The translations under genes were made by a program, and so were the position numbers. A model generated the notes under the pieces. It did no database searches and was not told the DNA's origin. It was given only the letters and a program-made list of their open reading frames with translations. 41,707 nt of DNA from an uncultured Clostridia bacterium (GTDB lineage: Bacteria > Bacillota > Clostridia > Oscillospirales > Ruminococcaceae). Location of the stretch: contig CAMEKZ010000001.1 in NCBI GenBank assembly GCA_945921635.1, forward strand, positions 1 through 41,707. The letters run 5' to 3'. Of this stretch, positions 1 to 8,473 are shown piece after piece; the stretch's first letter is position 1; each line of letters opens with the position of its first letter.

Positions 1-14
1 GAGAGTGCTTGTCT

Positions 15-43
15 ATTATATCACGCGGTTTTGCGTTTGTCAA
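15..43 (-). promoter_or_regulatory. Consensus sigmaA promoter firing out of the left edge of the window
   Basis: Minus strand TTGACA (43-38), 17 bp spacer, TG-extended TATAAT (20-15). The target lies outside the window. Confidence 0.8.
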
Positions 44-188
44 CAGGTTTTTTAAAAAATATCGGCTAAAAGAATGACCAATTTTTAACGCCGCCTTTGT
101 GCAATTCGACAATGCTCCACAATATACGGAAACGGTTATACTATATATAGTAGCTCAGCCGTTTTGCATAAAATCGTAATATAAAAAA

Positions 189-878
189 TCAATACCCGTC
201 CCGACTTACCGATTTTCTCAGATTATCCATCTTTTCGTCCAGGTCGGCGCTCAGTTGTGCGCAGTAAAAAAGCTCGTCGGACATCTTTTCGGTGAACTCC
301 ACATCCTTTTTATATTTAAGCTGATGTTCCAATGCCGCCCACGAATCCATCGCGATTGTCCGAAGCTGGATTTCCACCTTCATGATTTTCTTTTCATGAA
401 CAAGAAAAATCGGAACGGTAACTATCAGGTGCAGACTTCTGTAGCCATTCGGCTTAGGGTTTGCGATATAGTCCTTTCGCGAGATAAGCTCAATATCGTC
501 CTGTGCCAAAAGCGCCTCGGCAAGCAGATAAACATCGCTTGTAAACGAGCAGATTACTCTTATACCCGCAACGTCGTTGAGATTTTCCTCGATTGACGCT
601 AAAGTGAACGGCTGATTTCTGCTCTCCAGCTTTTCGCGTATGCTCTCCATACGTTTAAGACGGCATTTTATGTTGCTGATAGGATTTCTGTCATATCGGA
701 GCGAAAATTCCTCATTCAGCACATTGAACTTTGTCTGAACCTCCATTATCGCACAGCGGTAATACGCCATCAGCTTGTTGTATTCCCGAAAGCGCTCCTG
801 CCACTCCTCCGCTTCTTTCTCGTCCTTGAACAGCCTTTTGTATCTCTCGTCGGTATCGTTCGAATAGAGCTTTTCCAA
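189..878 (-). CDS. Small alarmone synthetase (RelA/SpoT synthetase domain only; RelP/RelQ-like GTP pyrophosphokinase)
   Basis: Motifs RLKxxxSIxEK, DVAGIRVIC, KDYIANPKPNGYRSLH, EIQLRT, WAALEHQLKYK. TTG start at 878 follows GGAGGG; the ORF track starts at 905. Confidence 0.9.
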   Translation of the reverse strand: MEKLYSNDTDERYKRLFKDEKEAEEWQERFREYNKLMAYYRCAIMEVQTKFNVLNEEFSLRYDRNPISNIKCRLKRMESIREKLESRNQPFTLASIEENLNDVAGIRVICSFTSDVYLLAEALLAQDDIELISRKDYIANPKPNGYRSLHLIVTVPIFLVHEKKIMKVEIQLRTIAMDSWAALEHQLKYKKDVEFTEKMSDELFYCAQLSADLDEKMDNLRKSVSRDGY

Positions 879-905
879 AATATTCCCTCCGTTTGAAATA
901 ATCAA

Positions 906-1694
906 TTACTTGATAAGCGCCGAAATGAGGTTAAATCCAAGCACGACAACGCCGAGTATCAACAGGACGATTCCCGTCACGCGGTTAAGCGTCTTTGTGT
1001 CGGATTTGTTTGCGATTTTCGCGGCAATTCTCGCCCAAATAAGCGTAAAGACTATGCACAGCACAAGTGACGGAATATCCGGCATACCGCCTATCGCAAA
1101 ATGGCTTGCCGCTCCGGTAAATGCAGTAAACGCCATGATAAACACGCTCGTTCCGACCGCGCATTTCAGCTCATAGCCGAGCACGCTTGTAAGCACAAGC
1201 AGCATCATCATTCCGCCGCCAGCACCGACAAATCCGCAGATAAAGCCGATAACCGTACCGCCAACAACCGACTGAATGACGCGCTTTTTCGCTGACACCG
1301 AGTTCATCTTTTCTTTAGTTGTCATAACCGGCTTTACAATGAATTTAACGCCGAGCAGCATTGTCATGAACACCGAAAAATTTCCCATTGTCGTGTTCGG
1401 CACAAGGCTTGCGACAAAGCTTCCTACCATTGTGAACAGCAGGACGAAAACCAGCATTATCACGCCGTTTTTTATATCAATATTGTTGTTTTTCTTATAG
1501 GTATAGGCGCTCACCGCGCTCGCAAGCACATCGCTCGCAAGGGCGATACCCACCGCAGAATATGCAGGCATACCGAGAAACGTGATAAGCATGGGGCTTA
1601 TCACCGCCGCCGCACTCATACCCGCAAAGCCCGTGCCGATGCCAGCGCCTGCTCCGGCGAGAAAGCATACAATAACCTTAATAAGTATATCCAA
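906..1694 (-). CDS. TauE/SafE (TSUP) family membrane transporter
   Basis: About 8 hydrophobic helices, Gly-rich GAGIGTGFAG and GFVGAGGG repeats, AVGTS motif. TTG start at 1694 follows AAGGA. Confidence 0.85.
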   Translation of the reverse strand: MDILIKVIVCFLAGAGAGIGTGFAGMSAAAVISPMLITFLGMPAYSAVGIALASDVLASAVSAYTYKKNNNIDIKNGVIMLVFVLLFTMVGSFVASLVPNTTMGNFSVFMTMLLGVKFIVKPVMTTKEKMNSVSAKKRVIQSVVGGTVIGFICGFVGAGGGMMMLLVLTSVLGYELKCAVGTSVFIMAFTAFTGAASHFAIGGMPDIPSLVLCIVFTLIWARIAAKIANKSDTKTLNRVTGIVLLILGVVVLGFNLISALIK

Positions 1695-1922
1695 ATTTAT
1701 CAAATCCTTTTTAATATCAGCCGAGTGCCCCGGCACGCAAACCGCGTGCCGGAGTACTTCATTTTATGACTTCGTTCTCGCGATTTAAGCCACTTATAAA
1801 TACATGAATCGTAATTATTATCTCACTGAAATATAAAGTATTTATTAACGCGGTTGACTTTGATGAATTTAAATGGTATACTGAAAAAATCACAGAATTA
1901 GGTTAGGGAAAGGCGGTTAAAA

Positions 1923-2315
1923 ATGGATAAAATATGGGATGAGCTTTATGCGGCGGCAAAGTCGGTGCAAAACGGAAGAAAAATTTCGGATTATGTAGAC
2001 GCGGGCGGAGTCGCCGCGGCTGTTCTTTCCGCGTCAGGCAAAATCTACACGGGAGTGTGCATAGACACCTGCTCCACCCTCGGTATCTGCGCCGAGCGCA
2101 ACGCGATTTTCAACATGATAACCTGCGGAGAAAGCGAGATAAAAAAGGTGCTTGCCGTTATGCCAAACGGAAAAACCGGTGCGCCCTGCGGCGCGTGCCG
2201 CGAGCTTATGGTACAGCTTATGCCGAACGGCTACAAGGATATTGAGATATGCCTTGATTATGAAAAAGGGAAAACCGTGGTTCTGGGGGAGATTACACCG
2301 GAGTGGTGGATATAG
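1923..2315 (+). CDS. Cytidine deaminase family protein (Zn-dependent)
   Basis: CAERNAI and PCGACRE zinc motifs, 130 aa. Promoter TTGACT...TATACT near 1854-1882. Confidence 0.9.
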   Translation: MDKIWDELYAAAKSVQNGRKISDYVDAGGVAAAVLSASGKIYTGVCIDTCSTLGICAERNAIFNMITCGESEIKKVLAVMPNGKTGAPCGACRELMVQLMPNGYKDIEICLDYEKGKTVVLGEITPEWWI

Positions 2316-2361
2316 GCGTGGACTGAAATACGCAATGGTGGTGTATTGCGGAGGGTAACAA

Positions 2362-2709
2362 ATGCACGATTTATCACAGATAATTCAGACAATCATAGTA
2401 ATTCTTATAATAGGGTCGTTTATCACTTTTTTGTGCTTAGAATTATTCTATAAAGGAAGAAAAAAGCAGATAATCGTTATAAAAAAGCGTATAACAGAGC
2501 ATCAGGGGCTTAATACGAACCGTTCAAAAATCACATCGGTACCGCACTTTACGGTAGACTGCAAATACCCTGATTCCGACAAAATTAAAACCTTCGGCTG
2601 TCAATCCGACATATATAATGAGCTCAAAGAAGGCAAAAAAATCATCGTTATTGTAAGGCTAAATCAGATTATCACGATATGCAGGGAAAAGGCGTATCGC
2701 AAAAGATAG
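2362..2709 (+). CDS. Small membrane-anchored hypothetical protein, DUF2500-like
   Basis: GGAGG RBS, one N-terminal TM helix, then VIKKR...YNELKEG pattern reminiscent of DUF2500. AT-rich. Confidence 0.55.
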   Translation: MHDLSQIIQTIIVILIIGSFITFLCLELFYKGRKKQIIVIKKRITEHQGLNTNRSKITSVPHFTVDCKYPDSDKIKTFGCQSDIYNELKEGKKIIVIVRLNQIITICREKAYRKR

Positions 2710-2773
2710 AGAGAATTAGAACTTATGAAATTTCTTTTCACCATATTGAACAATTTCATATAATCAACAAGCA

Positions 2774-2806
2774 AAAAGGCATTGCCAACCCACGGCAATG
2801 CCTTTT
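2774..2806. terminator. Bidirectional intrinsic terminator
   Basis: AAAAGGCATTGCC-aacccac-GGCAATGCCTTTT between convergent genes. Confidence 0.85.
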
Positions 2807-2826
2807 ATTATGCTGAATTACGCCGA

Positions 2827-3627
2827 TTACCAAGTACGGGAATTGAGCTTCTTGAACTCGCCTACCGTCGGAGCGTGAGCGTTCAGACCGCCGTCAACGG
2901 TAACAACCTGACCCGTGAAGTATTCGCTTTCATCGGACGCAAGATATACGCACATATTGGCAATATCAGCGGGAGCGCCGTAGCGGTTTACCATAATGTT
3001 GTTGAGGAATACGTCCTTGAGCGCCTGCGGCACATAAGCCTCGTTCTCGGGTGTAACGATAAGTCCGGGGCGTACGCAGTTGCAGCGGATATTGTCCTTG
3101 CCGTACTGGAGCGCGGTAGACTGGGTAAGCATATCTACTCCTGCCTTTGCGCAAGCGTAAGCGGTTGAGCCCAAGTCGCCGCCGCAGGAAGCCATCGAGC
3201 CTATGTTTATGATAGAGCCGCCCTTGTTTTCCTTCAAGTAAGGAAGTACGCACTTGATTGCGTAGAATGTGCCGCGGATGTCGCTCTGGAAAATGTTATC
3301 CCACATTTCAAGAGTAAGCTCGTCCACACGGCCGTCCTTTAAACCAACGTTTGCGGCGTTGTTTACGAGTATGTCAATCTTGCCGTATTTCTTAACTGTG
3401 TCGGCAAGCAGAGCCTCGATTGTTTCGGTTGCGGTAATGTCCATAAAGTGGTAGAACGCTTCTCCGCCCTCGGCAGTAATGCTGTCAACCACAGCCTGAC
3501 CCTTTGCCTCGCGGCGTCCGCAGATAACTACCTTTGCGCCCTCAGCCGCAAAAAGCTTTGCGATACCAACGCCTATTCCGCTGGTTGAACCTGTTACAAT
3601 CGCAACCTTGCCTTTTAATCTGTCCAT
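2827..3627 (-). CDS. Classical SDR oxidoreductase, 7alpha-hydroxysteroid dehydrogenase-like
   Basis: TGSTSGIG, NNAA and YACAK catalytic motifs. ALQYGKDNIRCNCVRPGLI resembles clostridial 7alpha-HSDH. GRR after strand beta2 suggests NADP(H). AAGGAGG RBS. Substrate not certain. Confidence 0.85.
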   Translation of the reverse strand: MDRLKGKVAIVTGSTSGIGVGIAKLFAAEGAKVVICGRREAKGQAVVDSITAEGGEAFYHFMDITATETIEALLADTVKKYGKIDILVNNAANVGLKDGRVDELTLEMWDNIFQSDIRGTFYAIKCVLPYLKENKGGSIINIGSMASCGGDLGSTAYACAKAGVDMLTQSTALQYGKDNIRCNCVRPGLIVTPENEAYVPQALKDVFLNNIMVNRYGAPADIANMCVYLASDESEYFTGQVVTVDGGLNAHAPTVGEFKKLNSRTW

Positions 3628-3886
3628 TTTAAAAATCCTCCTTAAAGAATATAAGTAATAGTATTAAAACCGTTTTGGGTAGTCGTGGCGAGAATGTTCT
3701 GCCTTGATATCCAAAAAGGATTTTATCATCATTCCGACAATAATATTATACACCATTGGCGCACAAATTTCAAGGTAAATCGTTTATTTTGCACAAAATT
3801 TTGTTATTTTTTTATCATTCTGTTTACAATATCTAGTGATATTTCCAACTAAAAGTTTAATATTTGTAAAATGCTTTCAAATCCAC

Positions 3887-3935
3887 TTGACAGCTAATCG
3901 AAATTAGCTTATAATATAGCTAATCAGAATTAGCC
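3887..3935 (+). promoter_or_regulatory. sigmaA promoter with two TetR-type operators
   Basis: TTGACA 3887-3892, 17 bp, TATAAT 3910-3915. Palindrome AGCTAAT-N4-ATTAGCT at 3892-3909 and AGCTAAT-N4-ATTAGCC at 3918-3935. Confidence 0.9.
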
Positions 3936-3950
3936 GAAAGAGGTATATTT

Positions 3951-4574
3951 ATGAGTACAAAAAAGCGAATACTTGACGAGGCTCTGACCCTGTTTTCTCA
4001 AAAAGGGTATGCGAATGTCTATGTAGCCCAGATAGCCGAGGCTGTCGGTATCAAGGCGCCGTCGCTCTACAAGCACTATAAAAGCAAGCAAGATATTTTC
4101 AACGCCATACTTGACGAGATGAAAAGCAGCTACGACAGGCAGGCAGCCTTGCTTAACATGGACGGGAGCGACGCGGGGGCTGATGCAGCAGTGTTCTCCG
4201 AGGTTTCCGAGGATGAGCTTGTAAAAATGGGCTTGGGGCTGTTTATGTATTTTCTGCATGATGAATACGCGCAGAAGTTCCGCAAAATGCTGACCGTTGA
4301 GCAGTTCAGCAATCCCGAGCTGGCGGAGCTTTTTACTAAGCAGTATGCCGAGTACCCGCTGTCCTATCAGTCGGCTATGTTCGCCACGCTTTCCTCAAAA
4401 GGAATCCTGAAAGACTGCGACCCGAAGGTGACAGCGTTACAGTTTTACGCCCCGATGTATATGCTGCTTACGATGTGCGACCGCGAGCCCGAGCGCGAGG
4501 CGGAGCTGACGGCGCTTCTCGAACAGCACATCAGGCAGTTCAGCATAATTTACGGAGGAGAGAAGCGGATATGA
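3951..4574 (+). CDS. TetR/AcrR family transcriptional regulator
   Basis: N-terminal HTH ILDEALTLFSQKGY...IAEAVGIKAPSLYKHYKSK. Confidence 0.95.
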   Translation: MSTKKRILDEALTLFSQKGYANVYVAQIAEAVGIKAPSLYKHYKSKQDIFNAILDEMKSSYDRQAALLNMDGSDAGADAAVFSEVSEDELVKMGLGLFMYFLHDEYAQKFRKMLTVEQFSNPELAELFTKQYAEYPLSYQSAMFATLSSKGILKDCDPKVTALQFYAPMYMLLTMCDREPEREAELTALLEQHIRQFSIIYGGEKRI

Positions 4575-5266
4575 AAATAGTAATGATTCACGGACAGAAC
4601 CACAAGGGCAGCTCGTACCATATCGGGCGCATGATTGCCGATAAAATAAGTGGGGAAAAGGAGATAACCGAGTTTTTTCTGCCTAAGGCGCTGGAGCATT
4701 TCTGCAAGGGGTGTTACAGCTGTATCGATGATGAGAGCAAGTGCCCGTTCTATACCGAAAAGCGCCAAATAATGAGCGCGGTCGAGCAGGCAGAACTGCT
4801 GATTTTCACCACGCCTGCCTACTGCATGAGGGTGTCCGCGCCGATGAAGTCTTTTATCGACCTCACCTTTACATACTGGATGGTGCATAGACCGAGAGCG
4901 TGTATGTTCCGAAAACGGGCAGTTGTTGTGTCAACCGCGGCGGGCAGGGGAGCGGCTACGGCAGTAAAAGACGTCACAACTGCGCTGAAATACTGGGGCG
5001 TGCCGTCGATAGCCGAATACGGTATCAGCGTGCAGGCCATGAACTGGGCGATGGTGTCTGATAAGAACAAGGAGAAGATTGAAAACGATACCGCAAAAAT
5101 CGCGAAGAAGCTGTCGGACAGCCGTAAGCCGAGAGTCGGTGTGAAAACGAAAATGCTGTTCGGCATGATGCGTATGATGCAGAAAAACGATTGGGGCTCG
5201 TGCGAAGCGGAGAAGGAGTACTGGAGAGAAAAAGGGTGGCTTGATAAGGAAAGGCCGTGGAGATAG
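4571..5266 (+). CDS. Flavodoxin-fold NAD(P)H-dependent FMN reductase / iron-sulfur flavoprotein
   Basis: MKIVMIHG start overlaps the tetR stop (ATGA). CxxCxxC-x6-C cluster motif, TPAY and MKSFID motifs. Confidence 0.85.
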   Translation: MKIVMIHGQNHKGSSYHIGRMIADKISGEKEITEFFLPKALEHFCKGCYSCIDDESKCPFYTEKRQIMSAVEQAELLIFTTPAYCMRVSAPMKSFIDLTFTYWMVHRPRACMFRKRAVVVSTAAGRGAATAVKDVTTALKYWGVPSIAEYGISVQAMNWAMVSDKNKEKIENDTAKIAKKLSDSRKPRVGVKTKMLFGMMRMMQKNDWGSCEAEKEYWREKGWLDKERPWR

Positions 5267-5356
5267 AATAACAAGAAAGCTGTCTGACTTCGCATGAATC
5301 AGGCATATTTGATTTTACTATAATTCATATAATGTTGCCGTTTTGTAGCCAATAGC

Positions 5357-5400
5357 AAAATAAAGCCCCGAAAATCCGCATAACAAAGGGATTTTCGGGG
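5357..5400 (-). terminator. Intrinsic terminator after guaA
   Basis: CCCCGAAAATCC/GGATTTTCGGGG stem (5366-5400) followed on the minus strand by CTTTATTTT. Confidence 0.75.
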
Positions 5401-5409
5401 TTGAAATTT

Positions 5410-6969
5410 TTATTCCCACTCAATCGTTGCCGGCGGCTTGCTCGTAATATCATAGCAAATCCTGTTAATACTCTTAACCTCATTCACAATTCTCACGCTT
5501 GCCTTTTCCAGCACATCATACGGTATCCTTGCGAAGTCCGCTGTCATAAAGTCGCTTGTCGTTACGCCCCTGAGTGCGAGTGTATAGTCATAAGTCCTGT
5601 CATCACCCATTACACCTACCGAGCGCATATTTGTCAGCACCGCAAAGTACTGGTTTATGCTGCGGTCAAGACCCGCCTTTGCTATCTCCTCGCGGAAAAT
5701 GTAATCTGCGTCTTGTAAAATCTCCAGCTTTTCGCGGGTGATTTCGCCGATAATTCTTATCGCAAGACCAGGCCCCGGGAACGGCTGACGCCATACGAGG
5801 ACATCAGACAGACCCAGCTCCGTGCCGAGCTTTCTTACCTCGTCCTTGAACAGCAGGCGCAAAGGCTCGATGATTTCCTTAAAATCAACATAATCAGGCA
5901 GACCGCCGACATTGTGGTGTGACTTAATCACCGCCGCGTCGCCCGTGCCGCTCTCGATTACATCGGGGTAAATCGTGCCCTGCACAAGAAAATCGACCTT
6001 GCCGATTTTCTTCGCCTCTTCCTCGAACACGCGGATAAATTCTTCGCCGATGGTCTTTCTCTTGGTCTCGGGGTCGGACACGCCCTCCAGCTTGCCGATA
6101 AATCTGTCCGCTGCGTTTACGCGGATAAAGTTTACGTCCCAGTCCTTGAAAGCCTGCTCGACCTCATCGCCCTCGTTCTTTCTCATAAAGCCGTGGTCAA
6201 CAAATACGCAGGTGAGCTGGTTTCCGATAGCCTTTGACAAAAGCGCGCAGGCAACCGAGCTGTCCACGCCGCCCGATAATGCGAGCAGTACCTTGCCGTC
6301 GCCGACCTTTTCTCTTATCTGCTTTATCGCCGACTGTGCGTAGCTCTTCATTGTCCAGTCGCCCTTGCAGCCGCATACCTTGTACAAAAAGTTTCCGAGC
6401 ATCTCAAAGCCCTGCTCGGTGTGGTTTACCTCGGGGTGGAACTGCGTTGCGTAAAATTTCTTCTCGGGGTTTTCTATTGCGCCGTAGGGGCATTTGTCGC
6501 TGTGTCCTACAGCTCTGAAGCCCTCGGGGAGCGTTTCGATATAGTCGTTGTGGCTCATCCATACAACCGACTTTTCTTTAAGTCCGCTGAACACGAGCGA
6601 GCTTGTGTCAAACTCGCAGTCGGTTCTGCCAAACTCCGCCGCCGCGTTTTCATTAGCCTTGCCGATAACGCCGCCCAGTCCGTAAACCATAAACTGCGCA
6701 CCGTAGCATATACCGAAAATCGGCACGCCTATCTCAAAAATCTCCGAGGTCATTCTCGGCGAATCATCAAGATATACGCTCCTGGGGCCGCCTGTGAAAA
6801 TTATGCCCTTGGGCTGTCTTTTCTTTATTTCCTCGATAGGGGTCTTGTATGAGATAACCTCACAGTAAATATTATGCTCTCTTACTCTGCGGGCAATAAG
6901 CTGATTGTACTGACCGCCAAAGTCGATAACCAGCACAAGCTCGTGCTGCTCGGTAGAAAAATCCGACAT
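5410..6969 (-). CDS. guaA: GMP synthase (glutamine-hydrolysing)
   Basis: [46 protein letters not shown] at 6969 follows GAAAGGAA. Confidence 0.99.
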   Translation of the reverse strand: MSDFSTEQHELVLVIDFGGQYNQLIARRVREHNIYCEVISYKTPIEEIKKRQPKGIIFTGGPRSVYLDDSPRMTSEIFEIGVPIFGICYGAQFMVYGLGGVIGKANENAAAEFGRTDCEFDTSSLVFSGLKEKSVVWMSHNDYIETLPEGFRAVGHSDKCPYGAIENPEKKFYATQFHPEVNHTEQGFEMLGNFLYKVCGCKGDWTMKSYAQSAIKQIREKVGDGKVLLALSGGVDSSVACALLSKAIGNQLTCVFVDHGFMRKNEGDEVEQAFKDWDVNFIRVNAADRFIGKLEGVSDPETKRKTIGEEFIRVFEEEAKKIGKVDFLVQGTIYPDVIESGTGDAAVIKSHHNVGGLPDYVDFKEIIEPLRLLFKDEVRKLGTELGLSDVLVWRQPFPGPGLAIRIIGEITREKLEILQDADYIFREEIAKAGLDRSINQYFAVLTNMRSVGVMGDDRTYDYTLALRGVTTSDFMTADFARIPYDVLEKASVRIVNEVKSINRICYDITSKPPATIEWE

Positions 6970-7097
6970 TGTAATTCCTTTCCTTTCCCCACACCAAAGC
7001 GGGTTCTTCTGTTGCAATTTTAATATAACTAGTATAACACATCGGTGCGGCTTTTGCAATAATTTTGACAAATTAAAATTGCTTCACCTGCGCAGCT

Positions 7098-8291
7098 TCA
7101 CCCCGACTTTTCATCCTGCTTACTCAGCAGCCTTTTATAAGTCAGTTCAATCATAAACGCGCCGAACGGCGCACAGATAAGTATAGCAAGCACCGCGACG
7201 CTCAGCACCAGCCCGCCGCAGGAAAGTCCCATCGACAGCGGTATCGCACCTATAGCCGCCTGCACGGTAGCCTTAGGCGTGTAGGCGAGCATACAAAACA
7301 GCCTCTCTTTGTGTGACAGCTTTGTCTTTATCATCGAAACATACACTCCCGCCATTCTGAACAGCATAGCGACAACCAGCAGTAAAACCGTGCAAAGTCC
7401 GTAGGCGCCTATCGCGGTTATATCCGCCGCCGCACCGACCAGTACAAACAGAATTATCTCGGCGGCTGTCCACAGCTTGTTATATTTAGCAGATAATCTC
7501 TTTGCAAGCGGCTTGTTTTTGTTAAACACCGTCATACCGAGCGCCATAATCGCGATAAGCCCCGACACCCGCACATAATCCTCCGAAAAGTCCTGTAAGG
7601 TTATCATAAGGAATGAAAGACTCAGCATGATTATTACCTTTACGCTGTCCCTGATATGCGCCCTTGTGAAAAATAGATTCAGCAGTATGCCGACACCTAT
7701 ACCGAGCGCAATGCCAAGTATAATAGATGTGGGTATCTGCACAAAGTCCATCGCCGACGCCTCGCCGCCCGCGAGTATCGCCGAAAAAGCGGTAAACAGC
7801 ACGATTACATATACATCGTCCGCCGACGCGCCCGCTAGTATCATCTGCGGTATCTGCTTGTTGCAGCCGTAACCCTCGTCCATGATTTTCAGCATGGCGG
7901 GCACAACCACCGCAGGTGACACGGCGGCTATCACCGTGCCGACAAGCGCCGCCTCGATATAGGATATACCAAATATCATCGGGGCGAAAATCATTGTTGC
8001 CGCTATCTCAATGGTAGCCGGCACAAAGCACAGCAAAAGCGCAGGCCGCCCCGCCTTTTTCAGCTCATTCACATCAAGCGACAATCCCGCGCGGGTGAGT
8101 ATTATCACAAGCGCGAGCTGCCTTAGCTGCGGCGAAATGTCAAGCACCGCGCCATCGATTATATTCAGCACATAAGGCCCCGCGATAATACCCGCCGCTA
8201 TCATTCCGATAAGCGCAGGCAGGTGCATTTTTTTGGACACCAAGCCAAATATCAGTCCCGACAGAAAAATTACAGCAAGACCCGTAAGCAT
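7098..8291 (-). CDS. Cation:proton antiporter (CPA superfamily, NHA/SLC9B-like)
   Basis: About 12-13 TM helices. IILTRAGL, AVSPAVVVP, AGASADDV and PKATVQAA motifs. ATG at 8291 follows GAGGGG. Confidence 0.9.
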   Translation of the reverse strand: MLTGLAVIFLSGLIFGLVSKKMHLPALIGMIAAGIIAGPYVLNIIDGAVLDISPQLRQLALVIILTRAGLSLDVNELKKAGRPALLLCFVPATIEIAATMIFAPMIFGISYIEAALVGTVIAAVSPAVVVPAMLKIMDEGYGCNKQIPQMILAGASADDVYVIVLFTAFSAILAGGEASAMDFVQIPTSIILGIALGIGVGILLNLFFTRAHIRDSVKVIIMLSLSFLMITLQDFSEDYVRVSGLIAIMALGMTVFNKNKPLAKRLSAKYNKLWTAAEIILFVLVGAAADITAIGAYGLCTVLLLVVAMLFRMAGVYVSMIKTKLSHKERLFCMLAYTPKATVQAAIGAIPLSMGLSCGGLVLSVAVLAILICAPFGAFMIELTYKRLLSKQDEKSG

Positions 8292-8319
8292 AAAATTACC
8301 CCTCAATCATAAAGAATAA

Positions 8320-8368
8320 AAAAAATAAAAAAGCCGACAGCTACTGCGTAAACGCAGAAGTCATCAGC
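8320..8368 (-). terminator. Riboswitch expression-platform terminator
   Basis: Minus strand GCTGATGACTTCTGCGT-tt-ACGCAGTAGCTGTCGGC followed by TTTTTTATTTTTTTT. The 5' arm is the 3' half of the aptamer. Confidence 0.9.
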
Positions 8369-8412
8369 TTAAAAGCGGTTCAGACAAAGTCTCGGAGGAA
8401 CATCATCTCCGT
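8354..8412 (-). ncRNA. Fluoride riboswitch (crcB motif)
   Basis: Minus strand GGAGATGATGTTCCTCC...AACCGC-ttttaa-GCTGATGACTTCTGC matches the crcB consensus GGNGAUG...CNCC...AACYGC...GCURAUGAC. Confidence 0.92.
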
Positions 8413-8473
8413 TATTCTCAACATGATAATATTAGCACAAAATCACGGCTTTGTCAATACGGAACACACCGGC

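Noticed and set aside
1-60. tRNA or rRNA gene at the window edge
   Set aside because: Only a strong promoter is visible; any RNA gene would lie outside the window.
189-878. Toxic SAS toxin-antitoxin module
   Set aside because: The sequence looks like standard RelP/RelQ and no small antitoxin-like or hydrolase gene is adjacent.
1923-2760. Integron-like cassette array
   Set aside because: No repeated attC-like sites between the small genes and no integrase.
6970-7097. Purine riboswitch upstream of guaA
   Set aside because: The leader after the TTGCAA-17-TATACT promoter is short and lacks the purine aptamer core sequences.
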